Assembly (NCBI GenBank): GCA_964460435.1
Contig: CAYWRH010000003.1
Location: 13,547-77,546 of the forward strand
Reading direction: 5' to 3'
Source of the DNA: an uncultured Desulfatiglans sp.
GTDB lineage: Bacteria > Desulfobacterota > DSM-4660 > Desulfatiglandales > HGW-15
DNA: 64,000 nt
The translations under genes and the position numbers were made by a program. Below, in pieces: positions 1 to 9,553 of this stretch. The notes under the pieces are model-generated. The model made no database searches and was not told the DNA's origin. It was given only the letters and a program-made list of their open reading frames with translations. Each line of letters opens with the position of its first letter. Within the stretch, counting starts at the first letter, position 1.

Positions 1-696
1 GATCCCGTACAGATAAGAAAGCTGATCCATGAAATCAATAATCCTCTGAGCGCCATAAAGAATTTTCTCAAGGTGCTCAACATGAAACTTGATGATATAA
101 ATGTTGAGAGCAATGAGATAAGGATAATTGATGATGAACTCAATCGTATATCTAAACTATTAAAGGAGTTCAAGTCATCATCCTCCTCCGATGAACCAAA
201 GGTGAAATCCACATCGAGCATAAAGGATATCATTTCAGATACAATCATGCTCATAAGAAACAGCAGGGTAAACGGGCCTAAGGTTAATATTACAGTCCAG
301 ACCGGAGACAACATCCCTGAAATAATGCTGGACAGGGATGCCTTCAGGCAGGTCTTGATCAACCTTGTCAACAACGCCATAGAGGCGATGCCGGATGGCG
401 GTAACATCACAGTCATTGCGCAATATAAACCTGCGCCAAAGAGATTTGATTCAAGGTCAGACAGTACAGATGCGGAAAGAGAAAGCATAGAGATATCTAT
501 ATCTGATGATGGGCCAGGAATACCTGACAGCCTGAAGGCAAGTGTATTTAAAAAACAATCTACAACAAAGGCGGATCATGACGGCCTTGGGTTACTGATA
601 GTCTATGAACTTGTAAAAAGGATGGGCGGGACAATTACATTTAATAATAACAGCGACAGGGGCGCATGCTTTAAGATAACAATCCCTGTAAACTAG
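1..696 (+). CDS. Sensor histidine kinase, C-terminal part (5' end cut by window edge)
   Basis: Frame 1 is open from nt 1; track ORF 73..696 is only the first internal Met. H-box IHEINNPLSAIKNF at nt 25-66. HATPase_c boxes follow: LINLVNNAIEAM, SDDGPGIP, GLGLLIVYELV. Confidence 0.85.
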   Translation, partial: DPVQIRKLIHEINNPLSAIKNFLKVLNMKLDDINVESNEIRIIDDELNRISKLLKEFKSSSSSDEPKVKSTSSIKDIISDTIMLIRNSRVNGPKVNITVQTGDNIPEIMLDRDAFRQVLINLVNNAIEAMPDGGNITVIAQYKPAPKRFDSRSDSTDAERESIEISISDDGPGIPDSLKASVFKKQSTTKADHDGLGLLIVYELVKRMGGTITFNNNSDRGACFKITIPVN

Positions 697-784
697 GTAT
701 TTTTTAAGGGTATCTGTCAGAGATTAAGATTTTCCGGATGTAAAAAAGGGTTATCTGTTACATTATTATTCCAGAGGGGTTTTT

Positions 785-2719
785 ATGGATACAAATGCAA
801 AGATATTGATCGTTGATGATGATACGGTGGTGGCTGCCAGTGTAAAGGCTGTATTGGGCAGAAGAGAGTATGATATTACAGTAGTTAACGATGCCCTTGA
901 AGCGGTAGAACTCCTGCATCAGAGAAAATTTGATCTTGCAATCCTTGATGTTATGATGCCTGTAATGAACGGGTTCCAGATCATGGAATCTGTGACTGAC
1001 CTTGATCTTGACACCATATTTATAATCATGACCGGCGACGTAACTATGGATTCTGCCATAAAGGCGATAAGAAAAGGTGCCTCGGACTATATAAGAAAGC
1101 CCTTTGACGCAGATGAAATCATGATACGGGTTGAAAATGCATTGAGGCACAAGAGATCAAAGGATGAAAAAAGGCTGATACAGTCTGAAAAAAATCAGCT
1201 TGAGCTTCAGCTGAGGCAGTCACAAAAAATGGAGGCCATAGGCACGCTGGCAGGCGGGATGGCACATGACTTTAATAATACCCTAGGGATAATAATAGGC
1301 AATACAGAACTCGCTCTCAGGATGACCCCCAGAGAGAGCCAGGCCAGGCAGTTCCTGAACAATATTATCACAGCAAGCGCAAGGGCTGAAGAGATGGTGA
1401 GCAGGCTGTTAAGCTTTTCAAGGGTCACTGACGCCGTTAAAAAGCCTGTTGATCTGATTTCAAGCATAGAGGAGTCATTAAGGCTTATGAGGTCGAGCCT
1501 GCCATCAAATATTGAGATAAAAAGAGATTTTACCGTTTCACAGGTTGCTGTAATGGGTGATCAGACCCAGTTAAACCAGGTCATGGTAAATCTGTGCACA
1601 AATGCGGCCCATGCAATGAACGGGGCCGATGGGGTGATAGAGGTAAGCATCAAAATCAAGGATTTTGATTCTGATGTATGCGCAGATTTGGGAGACCTCC
1701 CGCAGGGCCGCTATGCAGAGATAACCGTTTCAGATACAGGGCAAGGGATACCAGAGGAGATAATTAAAAGGGTTTTTGACCCCTATTTTACCACAAAGGA
1801 GCCTGGAAAGGGCACAGGCATGGGGCTAGCTGTGGTGCACGGGATAATCAAAAACCATGGAGGGTCAATAAGGGTGCAGAGCAGTGTTGGCAAAGGCACT
1901 GTTTTTACCATCCATATTCCGGTCATTGATGCTATACTGGATAGTGAGCCTGCGCATGATCCTGAATTTGTCCAGGGCGGAAAGGAGAATATACTGCTTG
2001 TTGATGATGAATTCATGATCGCAGACACAATGAAGATCATGATGGAGCAGTTGGGATACAGGGTGAGCGCATTCACTGAAAGCAGCAGGGCTATTGAGGT
2101 ATTTGAGAGTAATCCGGACGCATTTGATCTAGTGATAACCGATATGACCATGCCAAAGATGACAGGCGATGTGCTTGCCGCAAAGATACAGGAACTAAAG
2201 GCAGATACGCCAGTTATTATCTGCACCGGATTCAATAACAGGGTTGAGCCGGAAAATCTTAAAAACAGGGGAATATTAGAAATCCTGACAAAACCTGTCA
2301 GGACAACCACCCTTGCAAAGGCCATAAAAAAGGTGCTGGATGCCAGGAAAAAGGAGAGAAGGGTTCATGACAGATTTGCCATGAAGGAGGATATCTTTGT
2401 AGTCTCTGCTTCAAGGCCTGAAAAGAAGCACAGTATGATAGATATAAGCAGGTCAGGCATGGCATTCAAATATTACAGCATAAAAAACCAGATTGTGGAA
2501 AACGGAAAATATTCTATTATGACCTCTGACAGGAGATTTGTTCTGGATGATATCCCCTGCAAAACCGTTTCTGATATTGTGCTGAACCATTCAAGGGACC
2601 TGACCGATGTTACTGTCAGAAGGCGTGGCATACAGTTCAGGGAGCTGACAGCAAAACAGTATGAATCCCTTGACTATTTTCTTGTTAACTATACCAGGGC
2701 AGCAGTTAATGCCTGTTAA
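785..2719 (+). CDS. Hybrid sensor kinase: REC - HisKA - HATPase_c - REC - PilZ-like C-terminus
   Basis: First receiver: KILIVDDD ... LAILDVMMP ... KPF. H-box GGMAHDFNNTLGII. ATPase boxes NLCTNAAHAM, DTGQGIP, GTGMGLAVVHGI. Second receiver: ILLVDDE ... LVITDMTMPKMTG ... TKP. Then RRVHDR (2357-2374) and DISRSG (2441-2458), resembling the PilZ RxxxR / DxSxxG motifs. Confidence 0.85.
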   Translation: MDTNAKILIVDDDTVVAASVKAVLGRREYDITVVNDALEAVELLHQRKFDLAILDVMMPVMNGFQIMESVTDLDLDTIFIIMTGDVTMDSAIKAIRKGASDYIRKPFDADEIMIRVENALRHKRSKDEKRLIQSEKNQLELQLRQSQKMEAIGTLAGGMAHDFNNTLGIIIGNTELALRMTPRESQARQFLNNIITASARAEEMVSRLLSFSRVTDAVKKPVDLISSIEESLRLMRSSLPSNIEIKRDFTVSQVAVMGDQTQLNQVMVNLCTNAAHAMNGADGVIEVSIKIKDFDSDVCADLGDLPQGRYAEITVSDTGQGIPEEIIKRVFDPYFTTKEPGKGTGMGLAVVHGIIKNHGGSIRVQSSVGKGTVFTIHIPVIDAILDSEPAHDPEFVQGGKENILLVDDEFMIADTMKIMMEQLGYRVSAFTESSRAIEVFESNPDAFDLVITDMTMPKMTGDVLAAKIQELKADTPVIICTGFNNRVEPENLKNRGILEILTKPVRTTTLAKAIKKVLDARKKERRVHDRFAMKEDIFVVSASRPEKKHSMIDISRSGMAFKYYSIKNQIVENGKYSIMTSDRRFVLDDIPCKTVSDIVLNHSRDLTDVTVRRRGIQFRELTAKQYESLDYFLVNYTRAAVNAC

Positions 2720-2722
2720 CGC

Positions 2723-3658
2723 CTATTTTACATCAAACTCAAAATTGGCATCCTTTGCATATTCTTCGACTGTGCCGGCATCAAGCATTATTGCCATCTC
2801 GATAAATGGTTTTTTGATGTCATACCATATGAGCGGGCCATGTGACAGCCCCTTTGGAAGCCATATACAGTAGTTGGTGTCAAACTCAAGTTTATCCCTG
2901 CCCACATCAAATCTCATGTGTCCGCCGAGTGAGGTCGGGTTGTCAGGGTCGCTCCCGAAATGGAGCACGATCTCGTCAAAATTGTAGTGGGTCATCCTTG
3001 GAAGCGGCGGTTCCACTATATCCCAGATATAACCGAATTCTATATAGTTGTTGTTTGCCTTGCACTGTCTTGAACTCATGTATGTCATGGTGGGGTACAT
3101 CCTGTAAGGCGCCTGTCTGGGGTCGCCAGCCTCCCTCAGGGGGCTCCTTATTACATACTGCTCATAGTTGATCTCATCCTTCTTTTTAGGCAGACTATCT
3201 TTCGGGTCAAACATGCCGCTATTTATTAAAACTGAGCTGTCGCCAGTCCCGAGTATAAACTCCATCATGATGTGGGGGCGGTTAACCTTGAGCCAGTTGA
3301 CAGGGCCGAGGCGCACCCCTTTCGGGATAAAAAGGCTTGTTGTATTGCTGAATTCTGTCCTGTATCCCCCGATATAGCACTCTATGGTTGCGCCAAGCGC
3401 CTGCGGGTTTTTATGATCCGTGCCCCAGAATATATAGATCCGGTCAAAATCGATGGCGTGCTCAAATATGTGCGGCTCAGGTCTAGAGGTGATAAAACTC
3501 ATATCTATATGATATGGCACGCCCGGAAAAAGCGTGTTGTTCAGGTAGGTCATTATGGGTTCACGGCCCTTAACCTTTGGAAAAAGGGTCATGTCAGGCC
3601 TTCTTATCGCATACTTCTCATACTCTGATTTTGATTTTAGATCCGCCATTGGGGGCAT
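2723..3658 (-). CDS. Hypothetical protein with two cupin-like repeats (bicupin-like)
   Basis: Track ORF runs to 3847, but GGAGG (3661-3665) precedes Met codons at 3658 and 3649, so I use the shorter form. The two halves share a pattern: PHIFEHAIDFDRIYIFWGTD...LGATIECYIGG...LFIPKGVRLGPVNW versus MTHYNFDEIVLHFGSDPDNPTSLGGHMRFDVG...IWLPKGLSHGPLIW. Confidence 0.5.
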   Translation of the reverse strand: MPPMADLKSKSEYEKYAIRRPDMTLFPKVKGREPIMTYLNNTLFPGVPYHIDMSFITSRPEPHIFEHAIDFDRIYIFWGTDHKNPQALGATIECYIGGYRTEFSNTTSLFIPKGVRLGPVNWLKVNRPHIMMEFILGTGDSSVLINSGMFDPKDSLPKKKDEINYEQYVIRSPLREAGDPRQAPYRMYPTMTYMSSRQCKANNNYIEFGYIWDIVEPPLPRMTHYNFDEIVLHFGSDPDNPTSLGGHMRFDVGRDKLEFDTNYCIWLPKGLSHGPLIWYDIKKPFIEMAIMLDAGTVEEYAKDANFEFDVK

Positions 3659-3882
3659 CTCCTCCTTAATTTGATTATTGCCTTGAGTTCTTTTTAAGGC
3701 GGCAATATTCTCAGGGAAGCATGAGTATGTCAAGTTAATCCATTGAATAGGAGATCTGTAATTGATTTTTAATGGCAGGGGGGATAAAAGGGATACGTGC
3801 AGGTATGGATCAGACAGAAGCGTGATTACAGTGCTGATCAATACCATCTTGAGAAATTAATGGATTATTAAAAGAGGATAAT

Positions 3883-5511
3883 ATGAGAACATTACCTGAA
3901 AAAAGATGCCTGTTTATTTTTGTACTTTTATTGCCTGCCATCTTTTCATTATATGGACAAGGTCAAAGGCCTTCTGATAAAGGGCAAATCACCCGGCCTG
4001 TTATGACAGAAAACGGCCCAGTAAGGGGTCTGTATGAGGATGGAATAAGTGTCTTCAAAGGGGTAAGATATGGCGCTCCTCCTGTTGGCAAACTCAGGTT
4101 CAGGCCGTCAATAAGGCCATTACCCTGGAAAGAGCCTTTAGATGCATTTAAATTTGGCAACAGGGCAATACAGGGTAAAGGGTTTGGCGCAGATGCTGCT
4201 GATGCGCCTTTAATGGATGAAGACTGCCTGTTTCTTAATGTGTGGACACCTGCGACTGATAATAATAAACGGCCTGTAATGGTATGGCTTCATGGCGGAG
4301 GTTTTTCATCAGGATCAGGCGCCGAGCAGTTCACTGACGGGAAGAACCTTGCCCGTAAAGGGGATGTGGTTGTAGTTACGGTTAATCACCGGCTGAATGT
4401 ATTCGGCTTTTTACAGCTAGGTGATGAATGGGGGCCGGAGTACTCCTCTTCAGGCCAGGCAGGCATGCTTGATATTGTCTTGAGCCTTGAGTGGGTAAAA
4501 TCAAATATTAAAAATTTCGGTGGTGACCCTGATAATGTAACAATATTTGGCGAGAGCGGGGGCGGCAGGAAGGTTGCCATGCTTATGGCAATGGAGCCTG
4601 CAAAGGGGCTTTTTCACAAGGCGATTATACAGAGCGGGTCAGGTCTTGATGCCCCTTCAAAGAGAGAGGCGGTTAATATGGGACAGGAACTCCTTAAAAA
4701 GCTCGGCATCAATAAAGGAGATAAAGATGCGCTCATCTCTATCGATGCCCTTAAAATATTTGATGCCCAGCCAATGGCATCAATATCTGGTTCAAACGCT
4801 CCGGGTGAGCTTACTGTGCCAACAACGGGGTTTATACCCTGTGTAGATGGTATTACACTTAAACGTAAACCATTTATACCAGATGCCCCGGCAATATCAG
4901 CAGATATCCCGCTTATGATTGGGTCGAACAAGGATGAGATGTCCATCTTCCGCACGGGTAATCCCAAATATGGCAAATACACGAATGAGGATTTTGAGGC
5001 ACATGTCCATGAAGTACTGCCCGCAAAGGCGAATGAACTGATCCCTGCTATACGTGAGGCATTTCCTGATTATTCACCAACAGACCTTATTAATGTTGCT
5101 GAATCCCTCAAGGGTTACTGGATCGCTACAGTATTCCAGGCTGAGCGCAAGGCAGCACAGGCAAAGGCCCCGGTTTATGTATATCTTATGGCATGGGAGA
5201 CCCGCGCAGATAATGGCAGACTCCGCGCACATCATGCCCTTGATGTACCGCTTGTGTTCAACAATGTAGAGTCCATGAGAAGCATGGTAGGGGAGGGACC
5301 TGAGCCGCAAAAAATGGCTGATATTATGAGCTCCGCATGGATTGCCTTTGCCAGAACAGGCAATCCGAACACAGAAGGGCTACCTGACTGGCCTAACTAT
5401 GACACGCAAAACCGCAGTACAATGGTCTTTGACACAATATGCCGTGTAACAAATAATCCATATGAGAAGATACGAAAAATACTTATAAAAGATTTACATG
5501 GTGAACCCTGA
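3883..5511 (+). CDS. Secreted type-B carboxylesterase (COesterase family)
   Basis: N-terminal signal peptide (FIFVLLLPAIFSLYG). Family blocks: GVRYGAPPVGKLRF, EDCLFLNVWTP, VMVWLHGGGF, nucleophile elbow FGESGGG. Confidence 0.85.
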   Translation: MRTLPEKRCLFIFVLLLPAIFSLYGQGQRPSDKGQITRPVMTENGPVRGLYEDGISVFKGVRYGAPPVGKLRFRPSIRPLPWKEPLDAFKFGNRAIQGKGFGADAADAPLMDEDCLFLNVWTPATDNNKRPVMVWLHGGGFSSGSGAEQFTDGKNLARKGDVVVVTVNHRLNVFGFLQLGDEWGPEYSSSGQAGMLDIVLSLEWVKSNIKNFGGDPDNVTIFGESGGGRKVAMLMAMEPAKGLFHKAIIQSGSGLDAPSKREAVNMGQELLKKLGINKGDKDALISIDALKIFDAQPMASISGSNAPGELTVPTTGFIPCVDGITLKRKPFIPDAPAISADIPLMIGSNKDEMSIFRTGNPKYGKYTNEDFEAHVHEVLPAKANELIPAIREAFPDYSPTDLINVAESLKGYWIATVFQAERKAAQAKAPVYVYLMAWETRADNGRLRAHHALDVPLVFNNVESMRSMVGEGPEPQKMADIMSSAWIAFARTGNPNTEGLPDWPNYDTQNRSTMVFDTICRVTNNPYEKIRKILIKDLHGEP

Positions 5512-5618
5512 TTATATATTAGAGGAACGCCTGTTCATAATCTTGACATTTAAAAATCCTCCTGTAAAATTTCGATAGATTAGAATAAATGATTTAATGT
5601 CTGAGGTGAATTTTTTGA

Positions 5619-6668
5619 ATGTTAAATAGGTTTTTGATATTTTTAATATTCTTTGCTTTGATCTTGTTAGTTCACCCCCCATTATATGCAGCCTGGCAGA
5701 TAGATGCCAGGGATTTTTATGAATGGATGTGTTCAAAGCATGTTTCTCAGGCATGCAGCCATCAGGGGAGAAATTCGTATCTGGGAAATTACAGTACAAG
5801 GCAGGAATGCGAGGATGCAAGGTATCAATCGTGCGGCGGGGGAGGCGATGCCGCATGCATGAACAGGAGTGTGTGTGTTGGCGAAGATGATGAAGATATT
5901 ACAACATCGGAAGAGGCAGATGCTTTAAGGGAAGAAGAGGAATCTGAAAGGCGTCAGATGGAGGTTAAAGAGGGTTTTGAAAGGTATCAGTCAAGATCAG
6001 ATGATTTCAGGAACAAGGTTATAGGAGAAAGATTTTTAAACAGCAATCCTTCAGGTCTATTTGAGCCTAAACAATCCACAAAGGCTAACCCGATTATAAA
6101 AAAGGATGAAAGAGAATCCATAAAGATATCGATTCAAAATGCATATTGTTCTGCATTAAGTGCAATAGATGCGGCGAGATCTGAATCATACAAAGATAAT
6201 TTTTCAGGCCTTGTAACAGGCATGGAAGAGGCGCGGGAAGCTGCTCAAAAGGGTTTTGACAAACCACCTTCTAATTGCCCTGATTTGGATATCCCTGTTC
6301 CTTCTCTCAGGACATCTCCTGAATTTGAAAAGATCAGGGTTACATATGACAGGCTGGAGAAGATTAACAATGAACTCACAGAAATTATTCCAAAGATCAG
6401 AGATGTTATTCAGGCCCAAAAACAGATAGAGGCCAGGGTAAAAGTGAATGAAAAGAAGATTGATGAGATCAAAAGATTAAAAAAAGAGAACAAAAAAACA
6501 GAATCGATTAAATCTGAAGATGAGCTGGATGATCTGCTGAAAGAGGCAGAGGGACTCAAAACCGAAGCCAACAGGCAAAGGGAGATTTCAGATCAACTCA
6601 CAAAACAGGTTGATGGTTATGAGTTGGAATTGAAAGCTGTTTCTTCAAAGATTTTAAAAGGGATGTAA
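5619..6668 (+). CDS. Secreted hypothetical protein, Cys-rich N-terminus plus long charged coiled-coil-like region
   Basis: Signal peptide MLNRFLIFLIFFALILLVHPPLYA. Eight Cys in the first ~70 mature residues. The rest is E/K/R-rich and helix-like. GAGGTG lies 10 nt upstream of the ATG. Confidence 0.6.
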   Translation: MLNRFLIFLIFFALILLVHPPLYAAWQIDARDFYEWMCSKHVSQACSHQGRNSYLGNYSTRQECEDARYQSCGGGGDAACMNRSVCVGEDDEDITTSEEADALREEEESERRQMEVKEGFERYQSRSDDFRNKVIGERFLNSNPSGLFEPKQSTKANPIIKKDERESIKISIQNAYCSALSAIDAARSESYKDNFSGLVTGMEEAREAAQKGFDKPPSNCPDLDIPVPSLRTSPEFEKIRVTYDRLEKINNELTEIIPKIRDVIQAQKQIEARVKVNEKKIDEIKRLKKENKKTESIKSEDELDDLLKEAEGLKTEANRQREISDQLTKQVDGYELELKAVSSKILKGM

Positions 6669-6669
6669 C

Positions 6670-7875
6670 ATGAGAGATATCATGAAAATTCATATGTTAT
6701 CTTTTTTAATGATAATTGCCTGTGCTCACATCAGCCTTGCAGATGAAGGCACTGTTTACATCAGAAATATTATAAAGGATTCACCCGCAGAAAGGGCTGG
6801 CCTTTGTGTCTATGACCAGATAGTGAGTGTTGATGGAACAGCAGTTAAAACTGTGAGTGAATTTTTGGATATCATGAATAATATCACAAGGGGCAATCAC
6901 TCTGTTTCTGTCATAAGGGATGGGAAAAAACTGGATTTCGGGTTTACACTAAAGGCAGATGATATAAAAAACGGTTTTGGTGTGAAAGCCTTAAGTGTAG
7001 ATCTTGAAAAGGCATCGGAATTTTTTGACCAAGGACTTGAGATCGCAGGCAGGGCAAAGTCTTCTGAAGAGATACAAAAGGCAATTGATGAGTTTTTACA
7101 GGCTGAATATTATGCCCCCTTTTTGCCAGAGGTGCACTATAACCTGGGTTTTCGCTACCTTGATATTGAGGATTATGAAAATGCAGAAAAACACCTTGAG
7201 AGGTATGTAAAGCTCTTTCCCAATGCCCCTGATATTGCAATGGCGCAGGAGGCCCTTGGCAAGGCCGCTTATATGAGAGACAGGATTGATTATGCCAGAA
7301 AAAGGATGCTTGATCCTGACTCCTGGTTATTTAGTGGTGAAGAGCCTGAGAGAGAGCCTTCAATAGGATTTATACCGGAAAGGATGGTTGCAACAGAGTT
7401 TAAATTATCCGATGATGGAAGGATTTATGCAAAAAATCCTGAAATTCTTCAAGCCTCAGACAGAGGCATAAAAAGGTATGTAAACAGGCAGAAATGGCTT
7501 TATGTTGATTTTAAGGGGAGATTTTTTGAATATGCCTATGCCTGGTGCTATGAATGCCCAGATGACAATGATCTTGATCCCTCTTTTATTGCCGAAGGTG
7601 CAGATAACCTCCTTACACAAAGGTTTATAGAGTTCATTGATGCAATATCTAAAAAATCCACCGCTTATACCATAAGAAGGGTCGCTGGTGAAATAAAGAT
7701 CAACGGGGATCGTATTATGATTGTTCAGACACATTATGCCTATACCTGGAACAAATGGGACTGGGGATATTACGCCGGCCTTTGGAGACAGTTTATAACC
7801 GATAAAAATGCCGGGAAAAGATTTCTGGATGAGAGCAAATATCTCAAATGCAGGGTAACCCATATTCTAAAATGA
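6670..7875 (+). CDS. Secreted PDZ-domain / TPR-like protein
   Basis: Starts 2 nt after the previous stop. Has a signal peptide. PDZ-like segment IRNIIKDSPAERAGLCVYDQIVSVDGTAV. TPR-like segment YNLGFRYLDIEDYENAEKHLERYVKLFPNAPD. Confidence 0.65.
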   Translation: MRDIMKIHMLSFLMIIACAHISLADEGTVYIRNIIKDSPAERAGLCVYDQIVSVDGTAVKTVSEFLDIMNNITRGNHSVSVIRDGKKLDFGFTLKADDIKNGFGVKALSVDLEKASEFFDQGLEIAGRAKSSEEIQKAIDEFLQAEYYAPFLPEVHYNLGFRYLDIEDYENAEKHLERYVKLFPNAPDIAMAQEALGKAAYMRDRIDYARKRMLDPDSWLFSGEEPEREPSIGFIPERMVATEFKLSDDGRIYAKNPEILQASDRGIKRYVNRQKWLYVDFKGRFFEYAYAWCYECPDDNDLDPSFIAEGADNLLTQRFIEFIDAISKKSTAYTIRRVAGEIKINGDRIMIVQTHYAYTWNKWDWGYYAGLWRQFITDKNAGKRFLDESKYLKCRVTHILK

Positions 7876-7891
7876 TAATAAACAACCTGTT

Positions 7892-9019
7892 ATGGGAGTT
7901 AAAAAGATGAAATGCCGTTTTTTTATTTTTTTGATAACAGCCTTTTTAATGGCCGCTGGAAACAGGTATGCTGAAACTAGCAAGGCAAACAATACTGTAT
8001 TTTTTCAAGGATTTTATTTAAGGGCAAAGGAACAGCTTGATGCTGCTGTTGAAAAGATAACAAGGCTTGAAGAAGAGATACAAAAAAACAGCGATACAAT
8101 AAACAGGGCAGAAAAAATCATTAATATTGCAAGCCAGAGGAATGATCATAATGCCAGGCAGGCTGAAAACACAGCAAGGGAGGCGGTTATTACGGCTACA
8201 GGCGCCCTTGAAAAGAATAAAGAGGCATTGAGACAATGGAGACTGAAAAGGATCAGGGCAGAGAATGCCATCCTCCTTATAAAAAATATGATAAACGATA
8301 ATACGGGCAATGGACAAAAAATAAGGGGTTTTGTATCGGATCATAATGGCATGGTAGAAATAGTAGGCGGTAATGGCAACAGGGTTTATCCCGGCGAAGA
8401 GCAGGCAGTTATTGTGGGGCAGGGTGATAAAATTATAACACATGATAATGGCTCCCTAAATATGCAGTTTCTTGATGGCAGGGGAGCAGCAAGGCTTGCT
8501 TCAAATACGCAGATCATCATGTCTGAGGATTCACCTGAAAAACAGGAGATATTGATAACCAAAGGGAAGATATATGGGGCCGTTGATAAGGCGGAAGAAT
8601 ATTATAATAAGATTAAAAACGGCATCAAAAATTATCATGACGATCTGAAGGCGATAGGTGAATATCTTGATGATGAAGATATTAAAAAGCGGGTTAACAG
8701 ACAGCTTCATATCAGCCTTTTGAATGTTTTGGGCGAGATACATCCTGGAGATGGCGAATATTACTATGTTGATGAATCAAATAAAATACACCATTACCGC
8801 ATAACAGCCGTCTGTGCTGTAAGGGGCACAAAATTTACTGTTGAAAACAGAGAAGACGGAAGCGGCACAATTACAGTACTGGATGGCCTGGTAGAAATAA
8901 CACCAAAAGGAGAAGAGACCTTAAAGATTGAGGGGGGCTATATGGTCAATTTCAGGGATAATAAATTTTCTGTGCCCCAGAAAACAGAAAATATAGATAA
9001 CTGGTGGGAAAATGAGTGA
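7892..9019 (+). CDS. Secreted protein, coiled-coil N-half and FecR-like beta-rich C-half
   Basis: Signal peptide FFIFLITAFLMAAG. Helical Q/E/K/R-rich region. C-terminal pattern (GDKIITHDNGSLNMQFLDGRGAARLASNTQI ... VRGTKFTV ... VLDGLVEI) resembles FecR-domain proteins. The family call is tentative. Confidence 0.5.
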   Translation: MGVKKMKCRFFIFLITAFLMAAGNRYAETSKANNTVFFQGFYLRAKEQLDAAVEKITRLEEEIQKNSDTINRAEKIINIASQRNDHNARQAENTAREAVITATGALEKNKEALRQWRLKRIRAENAILLIKNMINDNTGNGQKIRGFVSDHNGMVEIVGGNGNRVYPGEEQAVIVGQGDKIITHDNGSLNMQFLDGRGAARLASNTQIIMSEDSPEKQEILITKGKIYGAVDKAEEYYNKIKNGIKNYHDDLKAIGEYLDDEDIKKRVNRQLHISLLNVLGEIHPGDGEYYYVDESNKIHHYRITAVCAVRGTKFTVENREDGSGTITVLDGLVEITPKGEETLKIEGGYMVNFRDNKFSVPQKTENIDNWWENE

Positions 9020-9398
9020 AAAAAAGGCAATAGTAAAAACATCGCCTTTGTCAGCGGTGGCTACACTTGTTTTTTGTGTCTTGATGCTGATATTTGGTTT
9101 GGTTTTTTTAATAGAGGTGCTTCCTGATGAACCCTTTGCCCTATTTTTTAAGGCACTTTGGCTGCTTTTTTGTATAGGCGGCATCATCTATTCTCTTATT
9201 GTCCTTGGTTCATATTCAGGGCCGGATAAAAATAAGATCCCGCTATCGGCCACCGATGTGATAGAGATAAAGGATGAAGGAAAGGCTATTGATTTTGATG
9301 ATAGACTGAGAAAACTCGAATCACTAAAAAATGATCACCTTATCACTGAAGAGGAATACAGACAAAAGCGCGAAGAGATTCTAAAGGACAAATGGTAA
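9012..9398 (+). CDS. Small membrane protein with C-terminal SHOCT-like motif
   Basis: Overlaps the previous gene by 8 nt. Two hydrophobic helices. C-terminus RLRKLESLKNDHLITEEEYRQKREEIL matches the SHOCT pattern. Confidence 0.65.
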   Translation: MSEKKAIVKTSPLSAVATLVFCVLMLIFGLVFLIEVLPDEPFALFFKALWLLFCIGGIIYSLIVLGSYSGPDKNKIPLSATDVIEIKDEGKAIDFDDRLRKLESLKNDHLITEEEYRQKREEILKDKW

Positions 9399-9495
9399 CA
9401 ATTAAGTAAACAGATCGAATGGCCGCCCATTTAAAATTCCAGCAAAAGTTACGCTGGGCATGATATTGGCTGCAAATTCAAGGCTTAAAAGCCAT

Positions 9496-9536
9496 AAAAA
9501 AATGCGAAGGCCTATCACTGCCCTTCGCATTTTTTT
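9496..9536. terminator. Bidirectional rho-independent terminator between convergent units
   Basis: A-run 9496-9501. Stem ATGCGAAGG (9502-9510) pairs with CCTTCGCAT (9522-9530). T-run 9531-9536. The same structure forms on either strand. Confidence 0.65.
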
Positions 9537-9553
9537 CTTAACAGGATTAAAGG

